A stretch of 64,000 nucleotides of DNA from Clostridia bacterium (GCA_036652795.1 JAVVVD010000003.1:42864-106863); one strand, 5' to 3'. Shown: positions 37,059-46,550, numbered from the stretch's first letter. Notes: generated by a model from the letters alone, not told the origin. Translations and numbers: made by a program.

Positions 37059-37985
37059 TCACTTAAACGCCTCCATCAGGCTCATTGCCGCAGGTCCCAA
37101 TAATACTATAAACATCACCGGAAATATAAAGCCCACTGTTGGCAGCATCATTTTAACAGGCGCCTTCATAGCCTTCTCCTGTATGCGCTGCCTACGCTCT
37201 ACACGCAGCCTGTCCGCCTGCGTTGTAAGCACATTTTTCATCGATACACCCAGCTGCTCCGCCTGTATGAGCGATGATACCAGCGATGTAAGCTGCTTTA
37301 CATCGCATCTATCCGCCATCTCCTTAAGCGATGTCTTTCGCGCTACACCCATCTGCACGTCGCGCACAGAACCCATCAGCTCCGTAAGAACCACACATTT
37401 ATTCTTCGCATACAGCCTCGTTATTGCAGCATCCAATCCCAGCCCCGCCTCAACGCTCACCACAAGCAGATCCATCACGTCTGGCAGGTCAGCCACTATG
37501 GCCGCTTTGCGTTTTTTTACCCTACTGTTCAAATAGTACTTCGGCCCAAATACGGGTATGCACATGCATACAAGCAATATCAGCAGCCTTTGCATAGACT
37601 CCAGCTTAAGTAAAAAAGCCAATGCGGCACCACCGAAAACAAATATCACCGAGATCATGCCCTTAACGAATGTGAACTCCTGCGCCGAAAGCGGTATTGC
37701 TGCCGCGCGTAGCGACCTTTCGAGCTTTTCCATATTTTTGTCCACACGTTTACTTTTGTTTTTCCCGGCCATTGCCCGCAGCATATCCTCAAGTTTTCCC
37801 ACAACCGGCTTAAGCACACGCTCGGCAAACGGCTTTTTCAACTCCTCATCGCCAAAGCAGCGCTCCACGTCCTTCACCGCCGCTAAGCGATGTCTTTCAT
37901 GATCTTTTTTGCGGCCAAGTCCGTTTAGCAACGCAGTAAATATTAAAAACACCGCAAATGCTGCGATCAATACAACTATTCGCAC
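37059..37985 (-). CDS. tadC: type II secretion system F-family protein (TadC)
   Basis: 308 aa with the T2SSF domain topology (N-terminal TM, cytoplasmic helical domain, C-terminal TMs). GTG start after GGGGGCGGAG. Position follows tadB. Confidence 0.8.
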   Translation of the reverse strand: MRIVVLIAAFAVFLIFTALLNGLGRKKDHERHRLAAVKDVERCFGDEELKKPFAERVLKPVVGKLEDMLRAMAGKNKSKRVDKNMEKLERSLRAAAIPLSAQEFTFVKGMISVIFVFGGAALAFLLKLESMQRLLILLVCMCIPVFGPKYYLNSRVKKRKAAIVADLPDVMDLLVVSVEAGLGLDAAITRLYAKNKCVVLTELMGSVRDVQMGVARKTSLKEMADRCDVKQLTSLVSSLIQAEQLGVSMKNVLTTQADRLRVERRQRIQEKAMKAPVKMMLPTVGFIFPVMFIVLLGPAAMSLMEAFK

Positions 37986-38002
37986 AACTCCGCCCCCTTT
38001 TT

Positions 38003-38926
38003 TCAGAATTTAATATTGATTATCTTTTTGACTATTGTAAAGCCGATCACTTCCAGCACCACGGATATCACCAGCATTACACGCCCGGCCTGTGTGACGA
38101 AAAATACATTCACATACCCCGGATTCAGCAGCATTAGCGCCACCAGCAGCAGCACCGGAAGTGCACCTATTATATAACCACTCATTGAGCCGGATGCCGT
38201 CATTGCCTTTATTTCACCCCGCAGCTGAATACGCTGGTTTATCGTGCCCGATATATTCTCTATTATCTGTGCAAGATTTCCGCCTATCTGGCGCTGTATT
38301 ATCACCGCGGAGCACACAAGCTCTAAATCCTGATTGCCAGTGCGCCGCACCATTCTATTAAGGCTTGTTTCAAGCGGCATCCCCATTTGGCATTCACGAT
38401 ATACGCGGCCAAATTCCTTGGATATGGGCTCCTCCATCTCGGTTGATATTGTTTGCATCGCTGTCTGAAATGAAAGCCCTGCCCTGAGTGCATTACAGAT
38501 TATCGTAAGCGCATCTGTAAGCTGCTTGCCAAATAGCGATAGCATTTTGTTGCGCTTGAATTTCACTATGCCTATCGGTGCTGCCGCACCAAGTGCTACC
38601 ATACCCACTGCAAACGTGGCCGGAGCACCTAAAAACAGCGCCAGGGTCGGTATCAGCGCAGATACTATCACCCATATGGATATAAATTCCTCTGCTCGCA
38701 GCGCGATTCCCGCAACGTATAGCTCATCCGCCAGCCGTTCAAGTCTGCGCAGCGGAACTCCATCCTTGCTTTTTATGCGTCTGCCTCTAGTTCGTCCCAT
38801 GTCCCCGTCTGTCAGCATAGCCAATCTGCGCTGCTCATTTATTCTTCCGCGCTTGGCTATATACAATATCCCGCTCAATGCACAGAACGCCGCACACATT
38901 GCGGGTATAATAATCAGAAGTCTCAT
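38003..38926 (-). CDS. tadB: type II secretion system F-family protein (TadB)
   Basis: 307 aa, a T2SSF-domain paralogue, directly downstream of the CpaF ATPase. Confidence 0.8.
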   Translation of the reverse strand: MRLLIIIPAMCAAFCALSGILYIAKRGRINEQRRLAMLTDGDMGRTRGRRIKSKDGVPLRRLERLADELYVAGIALRAEEFISIWVIVSALIPTLALFLGAPATFAVGMVALGAAAPIGIVKFKRNKMLSLFGKQLTDALTIICNALRAGLSFQTAMQTISTEMEEPISKEFGRVYRECQMGMPLETSLNRMVRRTGNQDLELVCSAVIIQRQIGGNLAQIIENISGTINQRIQLRGEIKAMTASGSMSGYIIGALPVLLLVALMLLNPGYVNVFFVTQAGRVMLVISVVLEVIGFTIVKKIINIKF

Positions 38927-38960
38927 ACCTGTTACCTCATTTCAAGCCTTACAGCAGCAT

Positions 38961-40271
38961 TCAGCTAAACCATTCATCCTTTATCATCGCGCCGTTTGTA
39001 AGCAGCTTTTCACAGCAGCGCGGCTTTATACCCGTAGCCCTAAATTTACCCTGAAATCGCCCTTCAGCGCCATATTCATATACGAATATCTCCTGCATGG
39101 TTATTACGTCGCCCTCCATGCCTAATATCTCGCTTATTCCGGTTATCTTGCGGCTTCCGTCACGCAAACGCGTCTGCTGCACGATAATATCTATAGCGCC
39201 CGCTATCTGCTGCCTTATCGCGCTTACGGGCAAATTCATACCTGCCATAAGAACCATTGTCTCCAGGCGCGCAAGCATATCCCGTGCAGAGTTGGCATGG
39301 CCCGTTGTCATAGAACCATCATGGCCTGTATTCATGGCCTGAAGCATGTCCAATGCTTCGCCGCCACGCACCTCGCCTACCACAATTCTATCCGGCCGCA
39401 TGCGCAGCGCATTCCTTACAAGATCGCGTATTGCTACCTGACCCTTACCCTCAAGGTTTGGCGGACGGGATTCCAACGTAAGCACGTGCTCCTGACGCAG
39501 TTGAATTTCTGCCGCATCCTCGATTGTGACTATACGCTCATCATGGGGAATGTAGGCGGAAAGCACGTTTAACAGCGTAGTTTTTCCGCTGCCTGTTCCG
39601 CCGGATACCACTATGTTAAGTCTGCCTTTTACGCATGCTTCAAGGAAGGAGGCCATCTTAAATGTGAGGGAGCCAAGGTTGATAAGATCCTGTATTGTAA
39701 GCGGATTTTTTGAGAACTTTCGTATTGTAAGCAACGGACCTTTTAGCGAAAGCGGAGGTATTACCGCATTCACGCGAGAACCATCCATCAGCCGCGCGTC
39801 AACCATGGGGGTTGCCTCGTCTATATGCCGCCCAAGCGGTGAAACAATGCGATCTATTACGTTAAGCAGCTGATCATCATCTATAAATGTAACATCGCTG
39901 AGTGTAAGTTTACCCTTTCTCTCAATATATATCTGCTTCGCGCCGTTTACCATGATCTCGCTTATTGTTGGATCATCCAGCAGCTTTTCCAGCGGTCCCA
40001 GCCCGCGTATCTGATCGTATATCTCCCCTGATATCCTGCTGCGCTCTGGCCGCGCTACTCCCTGACCATGCATTTCCAGTGCGGCATCGATTACTGCGCG
40101 CGTTTCAGGTTCCGACAGCGTCACGCCCTGCTTATCCTCACGCTTATTTAGGGCGTCCACAACCTCCATGTGCACCTTGTCACGCAACATGCTGAATTCA
40201 TCCGTGTGCACATGCACGGCGCCTGTCACAACCGTGTTATTGCGTTTATCCATCCGTTCAAGTAGTCCCAT
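38961..40271 (-). CDS. tadA: CpaF/TadA-family secretion ATPase
   Basis: 436 aa. Walker A GGTGSGKTTLLN, Asp/His boxes, and GHDGSMTTGHANS. Confidence 0.95.
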   Translation of the reverse strand: MGLLERMDKRNNTVVTGAVHVHTDEFSMLRDKVHMEVVDALNKREDKQGVTLSEPETRAVIDAALEMHGQGVARPERSRISGEIYDQIRGLGPLEKLLDDPTISEIMVNGAKQIYIERKGKLTLSDVTFIDDDQLLNVIDRIVSPLGRHIDEATPMVDARLMDGSRVNAVIPPLSLKGPLLTIRKFSKNPLTIQDLINLGSLTFKMASFLEACVKGRLNIVVSGGTGSGKTTLLNVLSAYIPHDERIVTIEDAAEIQLRQEHVLTLESRPPNLEGKGQVAIRDLVRNALRMRPDRIVVGEVRGGEALDMLQAMNTGHDGSMTTGHANSARDMLARLETMVLMAGMNLPVSAIRQQIAGAIDIIVQQTRLRDGSRKITGISEILGMEGDVITMQEIFVYEYGAEGRFQGKFRATGIKPRCCEKLLTNGAMIKDEWFS

Positions 40272-40274
40272 TTG

Positions 40275-41408
40275 CTATGTCTCCCGTACAAGTTTTTTAG
40301 CAAATTCCAATATTGCCTGCGCAATTGCTGAGCGCTTATCCCCCAGCACCACCGGCACACCGCGGTTTATCGCGCGAACCGCCGTTTTTTGATCATTCGG
40401 CACTATCAGTACCGCCTTACGATCGAGTATCCCCTCAACATCCTTAACTGATATAGTGGATATACCATCTTTATTTATAGCAAGCTGCACCTTATCCATA
40501 AGGTTTAGCGCCTCTATTACCTTCAGGCTGCGTTTTGCGTTGTGCAGCGCAGATATCTCCTGCGTAACAACAAAAAACACCGTATCGGACTGCTCAAGCG
40601 CAGCAATCGCGCAATCTGAAAAGTTTGGCGTCATATCCAGTACGATATAATCAAATTCGCTGCGCAATGTTGCAAGTATCGACTCTATATGCGGCGGTTT
40701 TATCAGCTCGGCGTATTCGGGCGCATTTGATGCAAGCAGCACATGCACGCCGCTATAATGCCTTACCATATAGCTTTTTAATGTTTTAAGCTCAAAATTA
40801 TTTTCCTCGACCAGATCCGCTATTGTATCGCCCTTATCTATATCCAAGAATATGCCCACATCCCCGAATTGCAGATTCAAGTCTATCAGTGCCACCTTTT
40901 TGCCCAACGCGGCAAGGGCTACCGCAAGATTTACCGCCAGCATGGTCTTTCCTGTTCCGCCCTTGGGGCAAAAAAATTGAATTATCTTGGAGCTGTATGT
41001 GCTTACGCTATGCTGTATACTCTGGCGGTTTTTCTCCCTGCTGGCAGCCGCGAACACCTCTGTTTTTACTGCATCAGCGCCCATATTTACATCTATTACA
41101 CGAGAGATGCCTGCAAGCATAGCGCTGTGTATGACCGCAGGCGTTGTATCGCTACACAACAACACTATCGCAAGATCTCCGCGCGTCATATACAGTCTTT
41201 CTGCAAAGTCAAATTCTGCCTCCGGCGTTTTAGTTGTGCAAAGCGCCAGCACATCCGCTTGGCACGTGCCGGCCTTACGCAATCCATCGCTATCCGGCCG
41301 TAAGGACGCTACCACATTGAATGCATCGTTGGCAAGCAGTCTTGCAGCAAGCAGTTTATCCTCGGCGGCAAATGCCGCCGTCATCACACGGATCGTATCC
41401 ATATTCAC
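40275..41408 (-). CDS. tadZ: CpaE/TadZ-like pilus localisation protein (receiver-like N-domain plus ParA/MinD ATPase)
   Basis: Deviant Walker A KGGTGKTMLAVNLA. Start is GTG 41408 or ATG 41402. Confidence 0.8.
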   Translation of the reverse strand: MNMDTIRVMTAAFAAEDKLLAARLLANDAFNVVASLRPDSDGLRKAGTCQADVLALCTTKTPEAEFDFAERLYMTRGDLAIVLLCSDTTPAVIHSAMLAGISRVIDVNMGADAVKTEVFAAASREKNRQSIQHSVSTYSSKIIQFFCPKGGTGKTMLAVNLAVALAALGKKVALIDLNLQFGDVGIFLDIDKGDTIADLVEENNFELKTLKSYMVRHYSGVHVLLASNAPEYAELIKPPHIESILATLRSEFDYIVLDMTPNFSDCAIAALEQSDTVFFVVTQEISALHNAKRSLKVIEALNLMDKVQLAINKDGISTISVKDVEGILDRKAVLIVPNDQKTAVRAINRGVPVVLGDKRSAIAQAILEFAKKLVRET

Positions 41409-41409
41409 C

Positions 41410-42165
41410 TCATGAAGGAAGTATCAGCAAGTCATCACTTGCGAGCGGCTTCTGCCTGTTGTTTTTATGATCGCCTGTAGCGCGCAATACCGCCGATACC
41501 ACGCCACTCCTGTATGCCGCAACAATTCGCATTGCGTCCTCCGGCGTAACTATCAGCGTCATAAATCCATATATTGCTGTGTTAGGCGCCTCTTGAGCGC
41601 CCTCAATTGCCTGTGCAGCAGTCTGTGTAAGCGCGCTATCCAGCGCGGCCACAAGTATATCCTGCGCCACCAGCAGCGTGGTTCCATTCTGTGTTTGAGC
41701 TGTAAACGGCTCAGCCGGATATCCTGTAGGTGCATATGCGATAATATCCACGTAGTCGCCCTGTTTTATCAGCCCATCTACCCCGGACACCTCATCCACA
41801 GCTATCGTAACTGCGCGCATCCCCTGTGGAACTATATACGAAAGCCCGCTTGCATTTTCGCCCATATCCTTTAGCTTTGCCGGCAATATCTGCTCGCCTG
41901 CAAGTATTAGACCCTCCGTCATTTTTCCCACGGCTTCCTCCGCGGAATGCGCCGCCTGCGCATGCGCGCTGCCATCCGGCACCTGCGCAACTGTCACCAT
42001 ATCCTCCGTAAGCTGCGTATAGGCAGGAATATCCCTGCCCGCAACCAGCACACTTTCGCTCTGCACCTCCACTGTGGCTTGATCTTCCAGTTTGCCAAGA
42101 TAGGCATACAGCAACACGCCAGCTATTATCGCCGCAATAGCGGCTATTATATATATTTTTTTCAT
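41410..42165 (-). CDS. cpaB: Flp pilus assembly protein CpaB (SAF domain)
   Basis: N-terminal TM helix, then a SAF-like segment VLVAGRDIPAYTQLTEDMVTVAQVP. Confidence 0.8.
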   Translation of the reverse strand: MKKIYIIAAIAAIIAGVLLYAYLGKLEDQATVEVQSESVLVAGRDIPAYTQLTEDMVTVAQVPDGSAHAQAAHSAEEAVGKMTEGLILAGEQILPAKLKDMGENASGLSYIVPQGMRAVTIAVDEVSGVDGLIKQGDYVDIIAYAPTGYPAEPFTAQTQNGTTLLVAQDILVAALDSALTQTAAQAIEGAQEAPNTAIYGFMTLIVTPEDAMRIVAAYRSGVVSAVLRATGDHKNNRQKPLASDDLLILPS

Positions 42166-42174
42166 GCAATCACC

Positions 42175-43206
42175 TCATTTGCTCAGCGTTAGGCTATATA
42201 CCCCATAATTTTCCGCCGTCCCAGTCAGATCTCCGCCAGCAGCGCCAACATTCACCATATCCACATATGTACCTATCACGTACCCTTGAGATGAATATGT
42301 TGTATAATCCTCCAGCACAAACGCAGCAAAGCCTACAATCTCAACATATTTATTGCCACAGCCTGTATATCTTACGACCGGAACCTTCATCACGCGCGGG
42401 CAATCCGGCTCGTATTTCTCTGCATTGCAGCCGCCACAGCTTTTGTTGTGTACGCACGAATTGTATCTTGTAGAGATGCCGCTAAGCGTAGGCCCAACCA
42501 TGTTGCCAGATTCCACCGGCAGCGTATCGCCCACACTCAGATTGCCCTGATACCCATTCGCCAGCCAGCTCCTATAATCGTTGGCACCACCACCCTTAAC
42601 CCCATCAAGATCTATGGCGCCAAAAGATCCGCCCACAACCTCGTCTGTCTTTTTGCCGTATTTTAGCACCACGTGCTTGGTTGCCCCTGATGCTATTAAT
42701 CCTTCAAGCACGCTCTCCTTCACGCTCAGTGGCACGACATCGGATAGCATTATGCATGGAATCGTTCGTGCCTCCGCAGCTCGTGCAAATGTTATCTGTT
42801 TCAATCCAAATATGCGTGCAAATCCCATCTGCGTTGTTGCTTGAGCACGTACGCCTATGCGAAAATATCTCCCCTGTTTAAGTTCATCCAGATACACCTC
42901 TACGCCGGATGTATCATCTATACCATTTTTACCAAGATATTCAATGGCGCTCGCGCGCACCTGCTGCAAGGCGATTGCATCATTCGCGTCAACAGGCAAT
43001 TGCAAGCCCGCAGCCATCACCGCCGCGTCCGCCGCGCTCTGCAATTCCGCTGTGCGCACATATGCCTTGCCAATATCCACAACCAATGCGGCAATACCTA
43101 TCAGCGCCGTCAGTGCAAGCGCTACTATAATAAGGGTCTCCCCCGTTTGTTCGGTTTTAAGTTTTTTTAAATGTCTAATCATAATCAACTCATTTTCATA
43201 GTGCAT
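42175..43206 (-). CDS. TadG-like pseudopilin / pilus assembly protein
   Basis: N-terminal Tad-like hydrophobic segment GETLIIVALALTALIGIAALVVDIGKAY. An alternative start at ATG 43182 lies just after the tadE stop. Confidence 0.65.
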   Translation of the reverse strand: MHYENELIMIRHLKKLKTEQTGETLIIVALALTALIGIAALVVDIGKAYVRTAELQSAADAAVMAAGLQLPVDANDAIALQQVRASAIEYLGKNGIDDTSGVEVYLDELKQGRYFRIGVRAQATTQMGFARIFGLKQITFARAAEARTIPCIMLSDVVPLSVKESVLEGLIASGATKHVVLKYGKKTDEVVGGSFGAIDLDGVKGGGANDYRSWLANGYQGNLSVGDTLPVESGNMVGPTLSGISTRYNSCVHNKSCGGCNAEKYEPDCPRVMKVPVVRYTGCGNKYVEIVGFAAFVLEDYTTYSSQGYVIGTYVDMVNVGAAGGDLTGTAENYGVYSLTLSK

Positions 43207-43595
43207 TCGGCCCGAAGTCCAAATGCTCCGTCACGTGTAAAAAGCCCTGCAAGCGGTGTTATTGCAGGCAACCTATATAGGGTTACAACCTTTATATCCC
43301 CCGCTCTAAAATCAGAGATGTTCGTATATGATACGGTTACGCTCAGTTGATTTTTCATGTATGCGGGTTTCATTTCGCATATGCGCGTGGTAACAAGCTC
43401 ACTGTTGTTTGCAGCACTAGTTGCCACTATACCCGCACGCACGCCCTCGCGCGTTATATTTTGCAGTGTCAGCTTATTGGCGCTTACCCAGCCCATCTCA
43501 AGCATGCCGCATATAAGCAGCAATAAAAGAGGGAGCGTCAGCGCCAGTTCAACGGCGGATTGCCCGCTTTGGTTATTCCAGATGCGTTTGAACAT
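43185..43595 (-). CDS. tadE: TadE-like pseudopilin
   Basis: Trimmed to MFKRIWNNQSGQSAVELALTLPLLLLL (TadE N-terminal motif). SD AAGGGGG. Confidence 0.7.
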   Translation of the reverse strand: MFKRIWNNQSGQSAVELALTLPLLLLLICGMLEMGWVSANKLTLQNITREGVRAGIVATSAANNSELVTTRICEMKPAYMKNQLSVTVSYTNISDFRAGDIKVVTLYRLPAITPLAGLFTRDGAFGLRAECTMKMS

Positions 43596-43628
43596 CGCGT
43601 ATACGCCCCCTTCTTTTGTTTTCAACGT

Positions 43629-43790
43629 TTATTGCACAGTCAGTTTTTCCGCGGTCTTGGTGAATATATCCTTGATCTTACCGCTCATGGCTGTAAGCGC
43701 AATTATCACACCTATCGCCACCAGCGCGATAATCAGCCCGTATTCAACCATGCCCTGTCCGCTCTCATCCCTCAAAAACTGCTTCAACAT
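43629..43790 (-). CDS. flp: Flp-family type IVb pilin (53 aa; below the ORF-track size cut-off)
   Basis: Manual translation: MLKQFLRDESGQGMVEYGLIIALVAIGVIIALTAMSGKIKDIFTKTAEKLTVQ. The G/MVEY cleavage motif is followed by a hydrophobic helix. SD GGAGGA lies 8 nt upstream. Confidence 0.8.
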   Translation of the reverse strand: MLKQFLRDESGQGMVEYGLIIALVAIGVIIALTAMSGKIKDIFTKTAEKLTVQ

Positions 43791-43911
43791 ACTTGTTTCC
43801 TCCTGTTATATTATTTTTTTGGTTGTTGGTTTAGGACGCTACCACGTCCCTGTTTGGTATTGCTTGATGTTGTGCACAGTATACTATTATCGTTTTGTTA
43901 CCGCCCCCCTT

Positions 43912-44535
43912 CTATACTGCCTGAACCACCAGCAGAGCCACGGCTATAAACGGCCCCATAGGTATAATCTGTTTCACAGCCGCAGCCAGCGGAATGTTAT
44001 CCTGAGCAACGGTGTAAAGCAGTATAAGTCCTCCCATAATTGCAACGGCATACATACTGCCGGTTAGACCTGTACAAAATCCCATTGCTGCTGCCAGCTT
44101 AACATCCCCTGCACCCACATTTTTTTTTAGCAGCACCGGGGTTAAAAACAATATAAAGCAGCACACAAAGCCCAGCAGCGAGGATGTGAGCTTAAAACTT
44201 ATCAGTCCCGGCAGACCGAATGCCGCCGTTAGCGCCATTATCGCTATAACCATCTCGTTTGGAATTATGCGCTTGTGCGCATCTATCACCGCAATGGCCG
44301 TTGTGGCCACCAGCAACAACAACATGTACAGTAATCTCCACGATAATCCTGCACGCCACGCAAGCAAACCGCCTGCAATGGCCATTATTATGGGCAGACC
44401 GATACGCTCAATACGCTTCTGCTGGATCGCCATATCCCGCTTTTTTAGCAGTACCGCGCATAGCAGCATCATAGGGTACTTTAATGCCGCGCCAATCGCC
44501 GCGCTTCCAGTTATTATCAATATCTCTTTTATCAT
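43912..44535 (-). CDS. tadV: A24-family prepilin peptidase (TadV/CpaA)
   Basis: Trimmed to MIKEILIITGS (SD GGAGGA). Polytopic, with catalytic-Asp contexts AVIDAHKRIIPNE and GAGDVKLAAAMG. Confidence 0.8.
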   Translation of the reverse strand: MIKEILIITGSAAIGAALKYPMMLLCAVLLKKRDMAIQQKRIERIGLPIIMAIAGGLLAWRAGLSWRLLYMLLLLVATTAIAVIDAHKRIIPNEMVIAIMALTAAFGLPGLISFKLTSSLLGFVCCFILFLTPVLLKKNVGAGDVKLAAAMGFCTGLTGSMYAVAIMGGLILLYTVAQDNIPLAAAVKQIIPMGPFIAVALLVVQAV

Positions 44536-44554
44536 GGTATCATCCTCCGAAATA

Positions 44555-44750
44555 CAACAAAACGGTCCGGAAAAAACTCTCCGAACCGTAAATGCCTGCA
44601 TCGCGTACAACACAACGAACATACCCTTTGTCCAATGTATCGTACCTCAGAAAAGCGTCCTTCGTTCGGCAACTGGCAACCATAGGCTTGCACCCTTAGG
44701 CCCTGTAGCTTTGCGTCGCCCGTTTTCGCGGGTTATGCTTTTGACTAATG
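44555..44750 (-). promoter_or_regulatory. c-di-GMP-I (GEMM-I) riboswitch plus terminator-like hairpin in the tad operon leader
   Basis: Minus-strand aptamer (about 44746-44659): AAAGCATAACCCGCGAAAACGGGCGACGCAAAGCTACAGGGCCTAAGGGTGCAAGCCTATGGTTGCCAGTTGCCGAACG. Hairpin CGGTTCGG-N10-CCGGACCG plus TTTTGTTG lies at 44588-44555, just before the tadV SD. Confidence 0.8.
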
Positions 44751-44785
44751 GGAAGAAACGTTTTATTTATTTAATTGTATCCGTA

Positions 44786-45250
44786 TCAGTTGCCGGGATG
44801 TATCTGCGGTATTTCCACCTGCGGCTGGAAGGATCTAAGCCATGCCACAAAATCCACGGCCTTTGCATATAGCTCAAGCGCAAGCGCCTCGTCAACAAAA
44901 CGACTGCTTATATTCTTATATGAGAATGGATAGTCCGACATATAATAGAACATCGCATCCACCAGAAAATCTTCACACTCAGCCTTGCGTACCTCAAAGC
45001 GGACCACATCGGCCTCTTTTTTAAATTCATCACTATTAATTATCTTACTGAACAAAAAGTTAACATTATGCGTCTTTGGCGGTTCTGCATCCATGTAGTA
45101 TACGTACATGCTCTTGAGCTGACGCTCCACAGCTTGCTGGCATAAGAATGCAACATATACCCAGCGTTTACCGACTATCAACGCATCTATTGTTCCAAGA
45201 TCATAGTCCGAAAGCATTAACCAATAACCATATTTCTCAATGCGCTTCAT
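44786..45250 (-). CDS. HEPN-domain protein
   Basis: 154 aa. Classic HEPN pattern LSDYDLGTIDALIVGKRWVYVAFLCQQAVERQLKSMYVYY...KTHNVNFL. The ATG overlaps the HD-GYP stop (ATGA). Confidence 0.75.
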   Translation of the reverse strand: MKRIEKYGYWLMLSDYDLGTIDALIVGKRWVYVAFLCQQAVERQLKSMYVYYMDAEPPKTHNVNFLFSKIINSDEFKKEADVVRFEVRKAECEDFLVDAMFYYMSDYPFSYKNISSRFVDEALALELYAKAVDFVAWLRSFQPQVEIPQIHPGN

Positions 45251-46176
45251 TTTAAGCAGTCCCCATTTTCTTTCAGCACTCCATTTTCAGTCAGTTCAAC
45301 CAGTTTGTTTGTAACCACCTTATCAAATAGCTGGCTTAGCTCCTGCAATTCCTTTGCTGACTCCATAAATCCCTTTACTTCATTATAACCGCGATCAGAC
45401 GTCATAGCGTCAAACACATCCGCAACCGCAACTATCTTTGCAGGAAAACTTATATCATCGCCGCAAAGCCCCCTTGGGTAACCGCTCCCGTCAAGGCGTT
45501 CATGGTGATTATACGCCACTTCGGCTATGCGCTCACCGAAGCGCGGCTTCAACAGCCTTGCACTGTTCATAGGATGGCGTATTATCTCGCGATAGTCGCT
45601 GCGGGAAAGTTGCGACTTTTTTTTCAGCACCTCATCAGGTATATAGCATTTTCCAACATCGTGGAACAGTGAAGCTATCACAATATCATCTAGTGAAAGT
45701 CCCATGCAATATTCCTTAAGGCCTTCATACAATCTCATCGAATAGTGCATGACGCTGCAACTGTGCCTATATGTGTAATTATCTTTTTGGTTTATTTGAA
45801 TCAGTAGATTTTTAAGGTCGTTTTGAAAGCTGAACACAGAATCAAACATCGGCCTGTTTGTGATATAGAGCAATTTTGTCTCCACGCTTGTTTTAAGTAT
45901 TATCTCCTGTTTAAGCCCCATCACCTGAAATGATTCACCCGGTCCAAGGCGTACAGGTCCTTCGTCAAGCATAAGCTCCACTTCGCCCTCGTGTATGAAA
46001 AAAAACTCCATGGTATGGCTATCCTCAGCAGGTATCAACCACACCGCAGCCCCCGCTATAAGGGTCTGAGTCATTATCTCCACTTCATCCTGTTTAGCCA
46101 GCAATCTGATATTGCTTGTTGCAAAATCTGCGTTCAGGCCATCCGTATTCCGTTGGCTTATACAAATGCCTTCCAT
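45247..46176 (-). CDS. cupin-domain / HD-GYP phosphodiesterase
   Basis: ORF 45247..46272 trimmed to the ATG at 46176 (SD GGAG), which removes the overlap with the MNT gene. Cupin-like FFFIHEGEVELMLDEGPVRLGPGESF. HD-GYP motifs LFHDVGK and HHERLDGSGYPRGL. Confidence 0.85.
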   Translation of the reverse strand: MEGICISQRNTDGLNADFATSNIRLLAKQDEVEIMTQTLIAGAAVWLIPAEDSHTMEFFFIHEGEVELMLDEGPVRLGPGESFQVMGLKQEIILKTSVETKLLYITNRPMFDSVFSFQNDLKNLLIQINQKDNYTYRHSCSVMHYSMRLYEGLKEYCMGLSLDDIVIASLFHDVGKCYIPDEVLKKKSQLSRSDYREIIRHPMNSARLLKPRFGERIAEVAYNHHERLDGSGYPRGLCGDDISFPAKIVAVADVFDAMTSDRGYNEVKGFMESAKELQELSQLFDKVVTNKLVELTENGVLKENGDCLK

Positions 46177-46208
46177 AAAACGACTCCGTTCATAACAGGT
46201 GCGCCAAT

Positions 46209-46550
46209 CTATGCCGTCATAGGCACAGATATCTCGATGCCGAATGCTAAAATCTCCTCTATTATTCCGCATGGATCATCCAGCTCTGCCTCATTAAAAG
46301 CCTGTATCTGAATATCCATATCCGAACTAGAGCATATCCTAACCAATTGGCGATATTCGTCCAGCAGACAATGCTTATCCAAACTGAAGAATACCGCCAA
46401 ATCGACATCACTCTCACGCGTTTGCGTTCCCTTTGCACAAGAGCCAAAGAGAATGATACGCGATACGCCCGGCAAGCAGGCAATACTGTTCAAAAAGCCT
46501 GAACAACTATTACGTATTGATTCAGGTATGCGTTGCTGTTTGCCGACCAT
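46209..46550 (-). CDS. minimal nucleotidyltransferase (MNT, Pol-beta superfamily)
   Basis: Trimmed to the ATG at 46550 (SD AGGTG). Motif ILFGSCAKGTQTRESDVDLAVFF (GS...D.D). Confidence 0.75.
   Translation of the reverse strand: MVGKQQRIPESIRNSCSGFLNSIACLPGVSRIILFGSCAKGTQTRESDVDLAVFFSLDKHCLLDEYRQLVRICSSSDMDIQIQAFNEAELDDPCGIIEEILAFGIEISVPMTA

Noticed and set aside
44186-44872. 228-aa plus-strand ORF. Also the 47113-47358 plus-strand ORF.
   Set aside because: They are antisense to tadV and to the c-di-GMP riboswitch leaders. They are explained by the minus-strand features.
46177-46272. Longer form of the HD-GYP ORF overlapping the MNT gene by 64 nt
   Set aside because: The internal ATG at 46176 has an SD and removes the overlap. 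The extension has no recognisable domain.
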